From: a virus
Taxonomy: Duplodnaviria; Heunggongvirae; Uroviricota; Caudoviricetes
Length of the DNA stretch: 38,978 bases
Reading direction: 5' to 3' (one strand)
Virus record (IMG/VR): IMGVR_UViG_2645728091_000012
Below the pieces are notes generated by a model. That model was not told the origin of the DNA. It was given only the letters and a program-made list of their open reading frames with translations, and did not search any database. Made by a program: the position numbers and the translations under genes. Shown here one piece after another: positions 27,941-36,821 of the stretch (the stretch's first letter is position 1; every line of letters begins with the position of its first letter).

Positions 27941-30763
27941 TCAATCTTTATCGTAAAAACTGCCACGCCCGGCACGGGCGCGCCGTTCCATTTCTGCCCT
28001 GACCATTTCGCCAATCAGTTTCGCCAGTTCGCGGGGATTCTGTGTAACAACGTTATGCAGATGAACATGAATTTCACCGCCAAATCCGGAGGCAACAGGC
28101 TCCCGGTTACGGGAAGTTGCAGGAACTGATGCCACTGGCGATCGTATAGCCTCCGCCACCGGGCGGGAGCTGGCCGCAACAACAGGGACCAGCGCCGGAG
28201 GCAGCGGAGCCGGAACCACGGGTGTGATAGTAATTGCGGGGGCAGGCTTACTGACCTGCGCAATCTTCCGCTCCTGCCACTCCCCACGAACAGCAAGTGC
28301 GCGGGGCAGGTTCTTAAAGACAATATCGCCGGGGCCAATGCGTTTTTTCGTCTCATCAACCAGCTTACCTGTGTTATCAGCAATTTTGCTGAGTCTGCGT
28401 AGCGTACCGGTATTGTTGTCTGTGAGCGGTTTGTTGTCTCTGGGTTTATCGCCTTTTTTGTCGTCGACCTTATCTGACGGGGCCGGGCCGGGAGTCCATG
28501 GTTTCTGAACCATTTTCTTGAGAACCGGATCCCATTCCCACATTACAGGAGCCTTTGAAGCGTTCTCTATTTTCTTTCTCGCCCGTTCCGCTTCATCCGG
28601 AAGCACTCCGAGCTTTTCAAGTATCCACGCCAGTGAATCCATCAATGCTTTTGTTGGCGTCAGGACAAGCTCTATCGCTCCACCGAGTACCCTGCCGAAT
28701 ACCTCGCCAGCACTGGTACATTTATCCAGCGTTTCCTTGCTGGACTCCATCGGTGACAGCAGCGATTTAAACCAGTTAAAGACCTGAATAATCCCATCGC
28801 GCACGACATCAAAAACTGGACCGAACCGTTCAAAGGTTTCGCGCAACGGAGCCAGCCGTTCCATAATCCCACTGAACACCCCTGCATAAAACGCCTTGAT
28901 GGGTTCCCAGTATTTCCAGATGAGAACCGCCGCAGCCACAAACGCAGCAGCAATCAATCCGACCGGGCTGAACAGCGCCCCGATAGCGCCCCCCAGTAAC
29001 GAAACGGAACCCGTCACCATTCCCCATAGTGCTGGCAGGAGCCTGACAGCATTCATTGATCCGGTCAGGAGGGAAAAGCCAAGACGCAGTTTTGCCAGCG
29101 GGCCAGCAAGCACACCAATAGCCAACGACAACGAGCCGACCGTTGCAGTCATCGCCAGCAATGCCCCACCTGCAATCAGTAGCTGGCGCGTCAGTGCCGG
29201 ATGGGCCTGCGCCAGCGCCGTCACCTTTGATACCACCCGCGTGAGCCACTGCGTGACAGAACGCAGCGGACCGTCAATCAGATCTGCAATGCGGATGCGC
29301 AACCCTTCCCATGCACTGCCGAGTGATTTCAGATCGCCGTCAAGGTTGTTGTCCATAACCTTTGCTGTGCGTTCAGCCTCACCGCGCGCGCCTTCAAGTT
29401 CTTTTCTCAGTTTGGGTAAGGAGCCGTCACCCGCTGCATCAACGAGCGCCATAAACGATGTGAAAGCCTCTTCTCCGGCAATGTCCTTAAAGAACGATAC
29501 CCGGTCAACTTCCCCGTATTTGCGGGTGGCTTTATAAAGGTCGGCCAGTACATCCTCCATCGGGCGCATTTTGCCGTTCGCGTCAGAGACAGCCACACCC
29601 AGCTCTTTCAGCGCCTCTGCTGCCGCCTTTGGCGGTGATGCCAGACGAGCCAGGCTGGCACGCATTGCCGTCCCGGCATCACTCCCTCTGATGCCCATAT
29701 TCGCCAGCACGCCCGCCATCGCAGCGGCCTGCTCCAGCGATATTCCCAGCTTACCCGCCACCGGACCTGCATATTTCATGGTTTCGCCCAGCGCGCGAAG
29801 GTCAGTGTTGGTACGGGTAAACGCCGCTGTAAGCGTGTCGCCAACCCGGTCCATCTGGTCAGCAGAGAGGCCGAACTGCGTCAGGATATTTGAGCCAATA
29901 TCCGCCGTCTCGCCGAGATCCATACCGCCAGCCGTTGCCATGCTCAGCACGCCGGGAAGCGCAGCCTGAATGGCCTGCGGAGTAAAACCAGCCATTGCAA
30001 GAAATGCCTGTCCACTGGCGGCATCTCCAGCGGTGAACTGCGTTTCAGAGCCAAGTTTTAACGCCTGCTCACGCAGCGCCTTAAACTGTGGGCTGTTTTT
30101 GTCGATTCGCGTCAGTGCCTGAACGCGGGACATCTCTTTCCCGAACCCAATCGCGGGCTGCAAAAAACGCCCGGCAGCATAGCCGCCCGCCGCTGCCGCA
30201 CCTGTTGCCAGTGCACCACCTGTTTTCAGTTTTCCCGCGGTTTCCTGCGCGCGCGAATACCGCTCACGCGCCCGCGTTACACGCGCAAGCGCCTGCCGTT
30301 CGCGTTCAAGCTGGTTGTTGTACTGTTCGGTGCGTCTGATGGCCTGCTGGATGGTGTTATCGCTGCCTGTCAGGGAAATGCCGTGGCGTTTCAGCTCTCC
30401 GCCAAGTTCCCGCATTTTCTGAATTTCCCGTGTGCGCGATTCATTCAGGCGTTCAAGCCGGGTGCTTAACTGCTGCATCAGCTTTTGTTGTTTTTCGCTG
30501 AGCACTGTACCCGTGCGTTGTAACTGATTAAGGGCGTTAAGCTGGCGTCGTGCTTTCACGATGCCCGCATCCGCTTTACTGACAGCGTCACGGGCGCGCT
30601 CAAATGAACGCGCCTGACGCTCGAGATTTTTGATCGCCCCCTGCGTTCGCTGGATGGAGTCACCAAACTGCCCCATCAGGCGGCGGGCGTTTTCGGCAGG
30701 CCGGGTCAGCCTGTCAACGGCGCTGAAAGCGACCCGGATATCAAGAGTCTTCATTGTCTGCAT
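27941..30763 (-). CDS. T: Tail tape measure protein (gpT-like)
   Basis: 940 aa; coiled-coil N-terminal region, Gly/Ala-rich hydrophobic central region; follows the chaperone genes. Confidence 0.85.
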   Translation of the reverse strand: MQTMKTLDIRVAFSAVDRLTRPAENARRLMGQFGDSIQRTQGAIKNLERQARSFERARDAVSKADAGIVKARRQLNALNQLQRTGTVLSEKQQKLMQQLSTRLERLNESRTREIQKMRELGGELKRHGISLTGSDNTIQQAIRRTEQYNNQLERERQALARVTRARERYSRAQETAGKLKTGGALATGAAAAGGYAAGRFLQPAIGFGKEMSRVQALTRIDKNSPQFKALREQALKLGSETQFTAGDAASGQAFLAMAGFTPQAIQAALPGVLSMATAGGMDLGETADIGSNILTQFGLSADQMDRVGDTLTAAFTRTNTDLRALGETMKYAGPVAGKLGISLEQAAAMAGVLANMGIRGSDAGTAMRASLARLASPPKAAAEALKELGVAVSDANGKMRPMEDVLADLYKATRKYGEVDRVSFFKDIAGEEAFTSFMALVDAAGDGSLPKLRKELEGARGEAERTAKVMDNNLDGDLKSLGSAWEGLRIRIADLIDGPLRSVTQWLTRVVSKVTALAQAHPALTRQLLIAGGALLAMTATVGSLSLAIGVLAGPLAKLRLGFSLLTGSMNAVRLLPALWGMVTGSVSLLGGAIGALFSPVGLIAAAFVAAAVLIWKYWEPIKAFYAGVFSGIMERLAPLRETFERFGPVFDVVRDGIIQVFNWFKSLLSPMESSKETLDKCTSAGEVFGRVLGGAIELVLTPTKALMDSLAWILEKLGVLPDEAERARKKIENASKAPVMWEWDPVLKKMVQKPWTPGPAPSDKVDDKKGDKPRDNKPLTDNNTGTLRRLSKIADNTGKLVDETKKRIGPGDIVFKNLPRALAVRGEWQERKIAQVSKPAPAITITPVVPAPLPPALVPVVAASSRPVAEAIRSPVASVPATSRNREPVASGFGGEIHVHLHNVVTQNPRELAKLIGEMVRAEMERRARAGRGSFYDKD

Positions 30764-31279
30764 TCCCGCTGCGAAGTGCCGCCCGCTCGCGCCAGCTAAC
30801 CACTTCGCCGGGCGTCATCATGAAGATTTCGGCGGGCGACCAGTTAAAAATGGCGGCAATATCCGCCACCAGATCTTCGATGTGCTCAAAGCACACCAGG
30901 GTGATTACGCTGCCGTCTCCTGCACGCTCTTCGCGCCAGAGTCTGGCTCGCTCATAAAATTTACAGCCACAGCGCACAACTGAATAAAATCGCGTGACGA
31001 CATTTTTTTAATCATCACTTCATCCAGTCGTGGCGAGGTCACGCGAGGCAACAGCGTGAACATGGTATCCGCTTTCAGATTCAGCACATCAGACAGCGAC
31101 AGACCACGCAGGGATCCCGCCTGCTCAATAGCCCCGGTGATCTCCACATATGTGATTTTTTCGCCACCACGCTCAATTGGCCGGGAAAGTTTTACACCAC
31201 GTTCGACAGCCATATCCTCACCTGCCGTCACATCATCCGCTACGGTGTTATTCCGGGTTTCAGTATCGATATCTTTCAT
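30741..31279 (-). CDS. Tail assembly chaperone E+E' (-1 programmed frameshift product)
   Basis: -1 frame is open from 31007 to 30741 and overlaps the T start; a run of 7 A on the mRNA (plus-strand T7 at 31003-31009) lies where the -1 frame opens; analogous to P2 E/E' and lambda G/GT. Confidence 0.6.
30905..31279 (-). CDS. E: Tail assembly chaperone E
   Basis: 124-aa ORF between tail tube gene and tape measure gene. Confidence 0.75.
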   Translation of the reverse strand: MKDIDTETRNNTVADDVTAGEDMAVERGVKLSRPIERGGEKITYVEITGAIEQAGSLRGLSLSDVLNLKADTMFTLLPRVTSPRLDEVMIKKMSSRDFIQLCAVAVNFMSEPDSGAKSVQETAA

Positions 31280-31334
31280 CAGTTGTCTCCTTTTCAGTCA
31301 GAGGCGACGCACTGCGCCGCCTGCATATTACTTA

Positions 31335-31847
31335 TCAGCCAAGCCCAAGCGCGGAACGAATGCGGTCAGGCACAATGTCCTTGCCGTCCTTCCGGTAGAT
31401 GTGGTTCAACAGGTCGATTTCCCACAGCGGGCGATCGTTAACGCTCAGCTTGTAGTAGGTGTTTTTGACAGCGTAAGTGTGTGATGTGGCTTCGCCCTGT
31501 TTGGCCTCCCCCATATCAATTTCCGTCACACGCCCGCGCATCTCGATTTCATACAGATCGCTTTCTGCATCGGTGTAGTATTCACCCGCAAAACGCAGCA
31601 GCGTGCCGTCAATCGTGCCGCCATATTTAAGGAACAGCGCACGAACAGCTCCCCCCATGACAAAACTCGCATCAAGCGCGGAGTCGTCCAGACCGAGATC
31701 AATACTTACCGCCCCCATCATGCCACCACCACGATAGCTGTCGGTTTTGCGCGTCAGTTTGGGTGGCGTGACGGATGTCACTTTACCCACTTCGTTTTCA
31801 CCATCCACAAACAACGTAAAAAAGCGAAGATGTTTTGGTACAGCCAT
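31335..31847 (-). CDS. FII: Tail tube protein (gpFII-like)
   Basis: 170-aa ORF immediately after sheath gene. Confidence 0.8.
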   Translation of the reverse strand: MAVPKHLRFFTLFVDGENEVGKVTSVTPPKLTRKTDSYRGGGMMGAVSIDLGLDDSALDASFVMGGAVRALFLKYGGTIDGTLLRFAGEYYTDAESDLYEIEMRGRVTEIDMGEAKQGEATSHTYAVKNTYYKLSVNDRPLWEIDLLNHIYRKDGKDIVPDRIRSALGLG

Positions 31848-33031
31848 CAGGCACCTCCCAGCACCGCAAATGCGGGACCAAAGAATTCATCAGTAAACGA
31901 CTGGTAAAGCTCCATGTCTTCCAGCGGGGGAACAGGCGTATATTTGTAGCGAATACGCACACGCCCCTGACGTAAATTCGTGGTGCCGTTATCCACCACG
32001 TCATACCAGCACGACGCCCCAATCAGTTTCCCGGCAGTAACCAGTGAATCCAGTTTTGCCCTGATGGCACTGATAACATCTTTCACGTTCGCAGGCGTCA
32101 GTGGACTGTCGATGGTTTCAAACTGCGCTTCCGCAATTGAATCAGCCAGCACCTGTGCGGTTCGGGTATACACCTCAAAGATGTAGGCGTTCGTTTCCGG
32201 TGTGCGGTTGCCCCAGAAGCGGAACCCGTTGCGACGAATAATGGTCGTGATTTCTTTGTTGTTGAGGCTGTTGGCATCGCTGTCTTCGGCCTGCAACGAC
32301 CAGAACACATGCCTCGACATCCCCAGCACATTTTTAACCGGAACGTTGGACAGCGATTTGTGCCAGCCCTGCTCATGGTCAATGTACGCACGAAGGCCGC
32401 ACGCATAAGCAGGCGCGGGGAACGTTTCGTTTTTGCCACTTTTCGGGTTGTAGGCGATGAAGTCAGGCCATAAGAGCATCACCTCACGTTCGTTGAATTT
32501 CTGGCGGTAGGTAATCGCCTCAGCCATCGTGTTACAACCATGACATGCGGCATACACAAACGCGCGCAGTTTACCCGCAATCACGCACAGGGATTTTGTC
32601 ACCGCCTCCGTGTCCAGCTCCGGCGCGGCCAGAATACGCGGACGGTATCCGATGCTTTCATCCTGCTCTGCAACAAGCAGCGCATACATCCCCGTATAGC
32701 TGCCGTCAGATTCAGAACCACCGATAACCAGTTGATCCTGCGTCTTTCCGTTTTCTTCTTTGTGTTCAGCCACGCGAACGACGATCACCTTTGTGCTCAC
32801 CTGGTCTGCGATGGCCTTAAGCGCACGATAAAGCGTCCCCGTTGTCCCGCATTTTCCCAGCACGTCATTGACGCGGGTCAGCAGTGTGGGCTTGTTCAGC
32901 GGGAACAGCTTCGCGTCCGCATCATCCGCCGTTGCCACGATACCGATAACGCTGGAATCAACATCGTTAATCGCTGTTACCAGGTCGGTATTTTCCGTAA
33001 CACGGGCACCATGAAAACGAGTTTCACTCAT
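31847..33031 (-). CDS. FI: Contractile tail sheath protein (gpFI-like)
   Basis: 394 aa; gpFI-like (FPLNKP, LRAFVYA, WPDF, GWHKSLSNV, RNGFRFWGNRT, TPVPPLE). Confidence 0.85.
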   Translation of the reverse strand: MSETRFHGARVTENTDLVTAINDVDSSVIGIVATADDADAKLFPLNKPTLLTRVNDVLGKCGTTGTLYRALKAIADQVSTKVIVVRVAEHKEENGKTQDQLVIGGSESDGSYTGMYALLVAEQDESIGYRPRILAAPELDTEAVTKSLCVIAGKLRAFVYAACHGCNTMAEAITYRQKFNEREVMLLWPDFIAYNPKSGKNETFPAPAYACGLRAYIDHEQGWHKSLSNVPVKNVLGMSRHVFWSLQAEDSDANSLNNKEITTIIRRNGFRFWGNRTPETNAYIFEVYTRTAQVLADSIAEAQFETIDSPLTPANVKDVISAIRAKLDSLVTAGKLIGASCWYDVVDNGTTNLRQGRVRIRYKYTPVPPLEDMELYQSFTDEFFGPAFAVLGGA

Positions 33032-33106
33032 AGCTTCAGCCCCTTGTATCCGTTAAATGATTCGGCAACAATCATCACCCACCACGCGCGTAATCTCACC
33101 CCTGCG

Positions 33107-33136
33107 CCGTTCTCCCGACCCGGCGACAACAAAAAG
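33107..33136 (+). promoter_or_regulatory. Candidate late-promoter element upstream of gene D (CCGTTCTCC ... ACAACAAAAAG)
   Basis: Shares both motifs with the element upstream of gene O (14228-14273). Confidence 0.35.
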
Positions 33137-33187
33137 CAGTAACCCCCTCCGCACGCACATGCGACCATGCCGCACAGGGAGGGAAAG

Positions 33188-34297
33188 ATGACCGACACCA
33201 CCATGCAATTGCTCAGTCAGAGCACAGACCCCGTGAAAATGCCGGATTTTGATATTCTCGCGGAGGGTAAAACGCTGTCAGGCGTGGCAGAGCGCCTGAT
33301 GAGCCTGTCACTGACCGACAACCGGGGATTTGAAGCGGACCAGCTCACCATCACGCTGGATGATGCGGATGGTCAGTTGCAGCTACCGCCACGGGGCGCG
33401 CGCCTGACGGTTCTCATTGGCTGGAAAGGCGAACCGCTGACAGAAAAAGGCTCTTACATTGTCGATGAAATCGCACACGAAGGACCGCCGGACAGGCTGA
33501 CTGTTTCAGCCAGAAGCGCAGATTTTCGGGATGAATTTAACGTTAAACGTGAGGTGTCCTGGCATGATGTGACCGTTGAGCGTGTGGTATCCGCCATCGC
33601 TCATCGGTACGGTCTGAAACCGCAAATCAGCGAAATGCTGATGCATATCGAAATCGACCACGCCGACCAGACCGAAGAAAGTGACATGTCCTTCCTTACG
33701 CGCATGGCGGAAATGCTGGGCGCAATCACCACGGTAAAAAGCGGTAATCTGTTATTCATCATGCCCGGCGGTGGCGTGAACGCACAGGGCCAGCCGTTGC
33801 CATCGTTCGCCATCACACGCAGCAGCGGCGATCGCCATCAGTTCCGCATTGCTGACCGCGAGGCGTATACGGGGGTACGCGCTTACTGGCTTGATCTTAA
33901 TTACGGGAAAAAGAAAAAAGTCAGCGTGAAACGCCGCAAACCGCCAAAACCCAAAAAGGAGAAAAGCAGCAGCCGTGAAGGTGATTATATGGAAGGCGCG
34001 GAAGGCAATGTGTTTGTGTTACGCAAGACTTATCAGAACGAGCAGGCAGCAAGACGCGCAGCGGCGGCAAAGTGGCAGCAGCTACAACGCGGAGCCGCAT
34101 CATTCTCCATCATGCTGGCACGCGGACGCGCAGAACTCTACCCCGAAATGCATGGCACGGTAACAGGCTTTAAAAGCGAGATTGATAATCAGGACTGGAT
34201 TATTGCAAAAGCCGAGCACACCATTGATAACAGCGGCTTTACCACACAGCTTGAGCTTGAGGCAAAAATCCCGGAATGGATAGCAGAAACAGAGTGA
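33188..34297 (+). CDS. D: Tail protein D-like (late control gene D family)
   Basis: Start taken at MTDTTMQ (GGGAGGG RBS 5 nt upstream) rather than ORF-track 33167; size and family features match gpD. Confidence 0.75.
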   Translation: MTDTTMQLLSQSTDPVKMPDFDILAEGKTLSGVAERLMSLSLTDNRGFEADQLTITLDDADGQLQLPPRGARLTVLIGWKGEPLTEKGSYIVDEIAHEGPPDRLTVSARSADFRDEFNVKREVSWHDVTVERVVSAIAHRYGLKPQISEMLMHIEIDHADQTEESDMSFLTRMAEMLGAITTVKSGNLLFIMPGGGVNAQGQPLPSFAITRSSGDRHQFRIADREAYTGVRAYWLDLNYGKKKKVSVKRRKPPKPKKEKSSSREGDYMEGAEGNVFVLRKTYQNEQAARRAAAAKWQQLQRGAASFSIMLARGRAELYPEMHGTVTGFKSEIDNQDWIIAKAEHTIDNSGFTTQLELEAKIPEWIAETE

Positions 34298-34365
34298 GCA
34301 ACTTAGACATATTAGCTCAGACTTAAACTGGCAAGTTTACAGTATAGAATTAAACATAAACGACG

Positions 34366-34393
34366 GTCCGCTCCGTGTCAGAAGCGGACTTTG
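34366..34393 (+). terminator. Candidate terminator after gene D
   Basis: GTCCGC ... GCGGAC stem followed by TTTG. Confidence 0.45.
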
Positions 34394-34417
34394 TCATCCC
34401 TATGTAAGGTTGATTGC

Positions 34418-35440
34418 TTAATACGCATTTAATTTAAATTTGTATTTGCCTTCTATGTAATGGATAAATTCAATTATGCTTTTTTCTATCGCATCTAATA
34501 TATGAATATATCCATCCCGATTTAAGGTCCTATCCAACTCAAAGTGATGAACTATCCCATGTCTATATTGTATGATTTCAGAAATTCGATTCTCAAGAAA
34601 ATCAACTGATTTTCCAATTCTTTTTTTCTTATAAAGAATCGCTCTCACATCTATATCCAGCCACTCTTTATATGCTTTATTTAGGTGGGTTAAGTTTTGA
34701 AAAGTGTAATTTCTTGCAATAACACTTTCTATTGAAATATTTCCTTTCTCTATCTCAAGCAGAATATCAAAATCAACTTTTTGCTTATACGATGTTCTTT
34801 TTGCTATTGCGAAAGGATCGTACTTTATAAGTATTTGAAAAGCTCTAGAGAAAAAATATTCAAACATAGCAACCGCAAAAGGTACTAATCCATTATATAT
34901 AACTCTACTGGGATCCATACATTGCATGTAATCAAAGTATTCGGATAAGCCGCCATCTTCCGGTAGGTTTAATTTAATAGAAGGTTCAGGTAAGGCATGT
35001 TTAACAGCGGAAATCTCATGATGGACATGATTAAATATTGAAGAAATGCCACGACTGATCGGACTACTAGAATCCTTCCATAGAGGAGCGTACCTATTTT
35101 TCCCATAATCACCTATAAGTGTTCCACCAAAAAGACTCCGTGCGCCTTTTAGAACATCATTAAGCATTTTTACATCATGCCAACTAGCGCTATATAAATT
35201 ACGCACATGCAATGCCCATTTATTACCAGATATGTGTAGTTCGTCATTTGAAACAGGATATATATCAGCCGAAACTCCATCTGTAGATTTGAAGTCCGTA
35301 TCATCAAACCAAGAGTAATTCAACGTTCCTTGGGGCCATTCCCACAAATGTTTACACCTTTTAAAACCTAAATTTTCAAGGTAATTTTTAAGTTCGTTTC
35401 TAGTTGCTTTTTTAGGGTACAGCGTTATATCTCTTCCCAT
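34418..35440 (-). CDS. Hypothetical accessory (moron) protein; weak HEPN-like Rx4H motif (RHGIVH) near C-terminus
   Basis: 340-aa ORF antisense to flanking late genes, markedly AT-rich, inserted between D and ogr; AT-rich promoter-like flank. Confidence 0.6.
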   Translation of the reverse strand: MGRDITLYPKKATRNELKNYLENLGFKRCKHLWEWPQGTLNYSWFDDTDFKSTDGVSADIYPVSNDELHISGNKWALHVRNLYSASWHDVKMLNDVLKGARSLFGGTLIGDYGKNRYAPLWKDSSSPISRGISSIFNHVHHEISAVKHALPEPSIKLNLPEDGGLSEYFDYMQCMDPSRVIYNGLVPFAVAMFEYFFSRAFQILIKYDPFAIAKRTSYKQKVDFDILLEIEKGNISIESVIARNYTFQNLTHLNKAYKEWLDIDVRAILYKKKRIGKSVDFLENRISEIIQYRHGIVHHFELDRTLNRDGYIHILDAIEKSIIEFIHYIEGKYKFKLNAY

Positions 35441-35631
35441 GCTTTATTCACCTGATATACAATATTTTAAATTTTAACTATTATGAACGTATGAATTTTC
35501 ACATTGGATGTATGGAAGTTCAACAACTATTGAAAGTTCAATTTTCACTCTTCGCACAGAGCGAGCTGTTAGTTGGAATTAGGGATCGTACAATCTAGAA
35601 TAGCGGCAACACCACGTTAAGGGAGGTCGCT

Positions 35632-35892
35632 ATGTTCCGTTGTCCGCTTTGTGCCGCATCTGCCCGTATCCGCACAAGTCGTCCGGAAAATGATTCAAAC
35701 ACCGTGCGGCAAAAATATTACCAGTGTAACAATCTGGAATGCGGCGTATGCTTCTCAACACTGGAAGCTTTCCATAAATTCACATCGAAACACGCCTCCG
35801 GCGTTCACTCTTCAGAAGGTATCCCGTGGCATGAGCTACCAGCTTCACACAGGGGAAACAATCAGATGAGTTTGCCTTTACCTAAGAATTAA
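35632..35892 (+). CDS. ogr: Late-gene transcriptional activator, Ogr/Delta zinc-finger family
   Basis: MFRCPLCAA...RTSR...YQCNNLEC: C-x2-C...C-x4-C zinc finger as in P2 Ogr; AAGGGAGG RBS. Confidence 0.85.
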   Translation: MFRCPLCAASARIRTSRPENDSNTVRQKYYQCNNLECGVCFSTLEAFHKFTSKHASGVHSSEGIPWHELPASHRGNNQMSLPLPKN

Positions 35893-36082
35893 CAAGCAGA
35901 ATTGCCGGAGTAACAAAAAAGCGATAGATTACGCGCGGGTGCCTTTCGGCTGATGGTCGGAGGGAATACCCGAAGGCCAGATGTGGAAAGGCCCCGGAAA
36001 ACACTTTTGTTTAACCGAGGCCCTAACCGTCTACCCTAAGCAAGTGAAAGGTTAGCGCCTCTCCGGAAAAGGAGCAAGTGCT

Positions 36083-36223
36083 ATGTCGCAAAAATCGCTT
36101 ACAGCCATCACGTTCTGCGTGACGGTAATCCTCATCATCTGGATGTTGCACGGTTCGCTGTGCGAAATACGGATGAGTTTCTGGGGAGCGGAGTTTGCGG
36201 CGTTCTTACAGTGTAAGCAGTAA
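36083..36223 (+). CDS. Hok/Gef-family type I toxin-like small membrane peptide
   Basis: 46 aa; hydrophobic N-terminal helix then SLCEIR and EFAAFLQCK, close to the Hok pattern (SLCE..., E.AAF.AC); AAGGAG RBS. Confidence 0.6.
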   Translation: MSQKSLTAITFCVTVILIIWMLHGSLCEIRMSFWGAEFAAFLQCKQ

Positions 36224-36232
36224 GGAAACCGC

Positions 36233-36254
36233 GACGGGGGAGTAATCCCCCGTC
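36233..36254 (+). other. Stable hairpin just past the hok-like stop (GACGGGGG-AGTAAT-CCCCCGTC)
   Basis: Perfect 8-bp G/C-rich stem; no U-tract, so possibly an mRNA 3' structural element rather than a terminator. Confidence 0.4.
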
Positions 36255-36484
36255 AATCGGTTGCCAGGGTAAGGTCGATAAGGCACCCTATCTCACGGCT
36301 CTAAATGCAAAAATTCCATGAAACTGTGGGATTTTTGCATCACTACTGATACAGATCTGACCTTCTTTATGTCTCACTCTATACCAGCTAATCAATTGAC
36401 ACTTATCAATAAAAAAAAATCTGATAAAATCAAAATGTTTTGTAACAAATATCAACTCGTATTGATCCAAAGGAGGCGGATTAC

Positions 36485-36817
36485 ATGGCATTAATCAAAT
36501 GTCCTGAATGCCAGAAAGAGGTGAGCGATTCAGCATTGTATTGCCCTGCTTGCGGTAAACAAATAAAAAAACTTAAGCGTTCATTTTTTGGAAAGCTCAT
36601 TAAGTGGATTTTTATATTATTTAATATTTTTATGATCTATACGCTTTTAGTTGGACTGGGAGGCACTAGTGAAATAATAAATAATGCAACATCCGATGCC
36701 GAAAAAGCCGGTGTAGTTATTGGTACAGGCTTAGGTTTAATTACCATTGGAAGTTTATGGGTTATTGGCGATATCATTATCGGAATTTTAGTGTTTCTTA
36801 CTAAACCAAAAGGATAA
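36485..36817 (+). CDS. Zinc-ribbon membrane protein (hypothetical)
   Basis: CPEC...CPAC zinc ribbon at N-terminus plus two hydrophobic helices; strong RBS AAGGAGGCGG; AT-rich. Confidence 0.6.
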   Translation: MALIKCPECQKEVSDSALYCPACGKQIKKLKRSFFGKLIKWIFILFNIFMIYTLLVGLGGTSEIINNATSDAEKAGVVIGTGLGLITIGSLWVIGDIIIGILVFLTKPKG

Positions 36818-36821
36818 CAAA

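Noticed and set aside
28830-29969. Multiple ORFs on the plus strand (for example 28896-29537, 29571-29969)
   Set aside because: All lie antisense within the tape measure gene; typical GC-rich antisense artefacts.
33032-33166. Search for a gix-like recombination site at the FI-D junction to explain the block inversion
   Set aside because: No convincing match to the 26-bp crossover sequence seen by eye; the mechanism of inversion remains unexplained.
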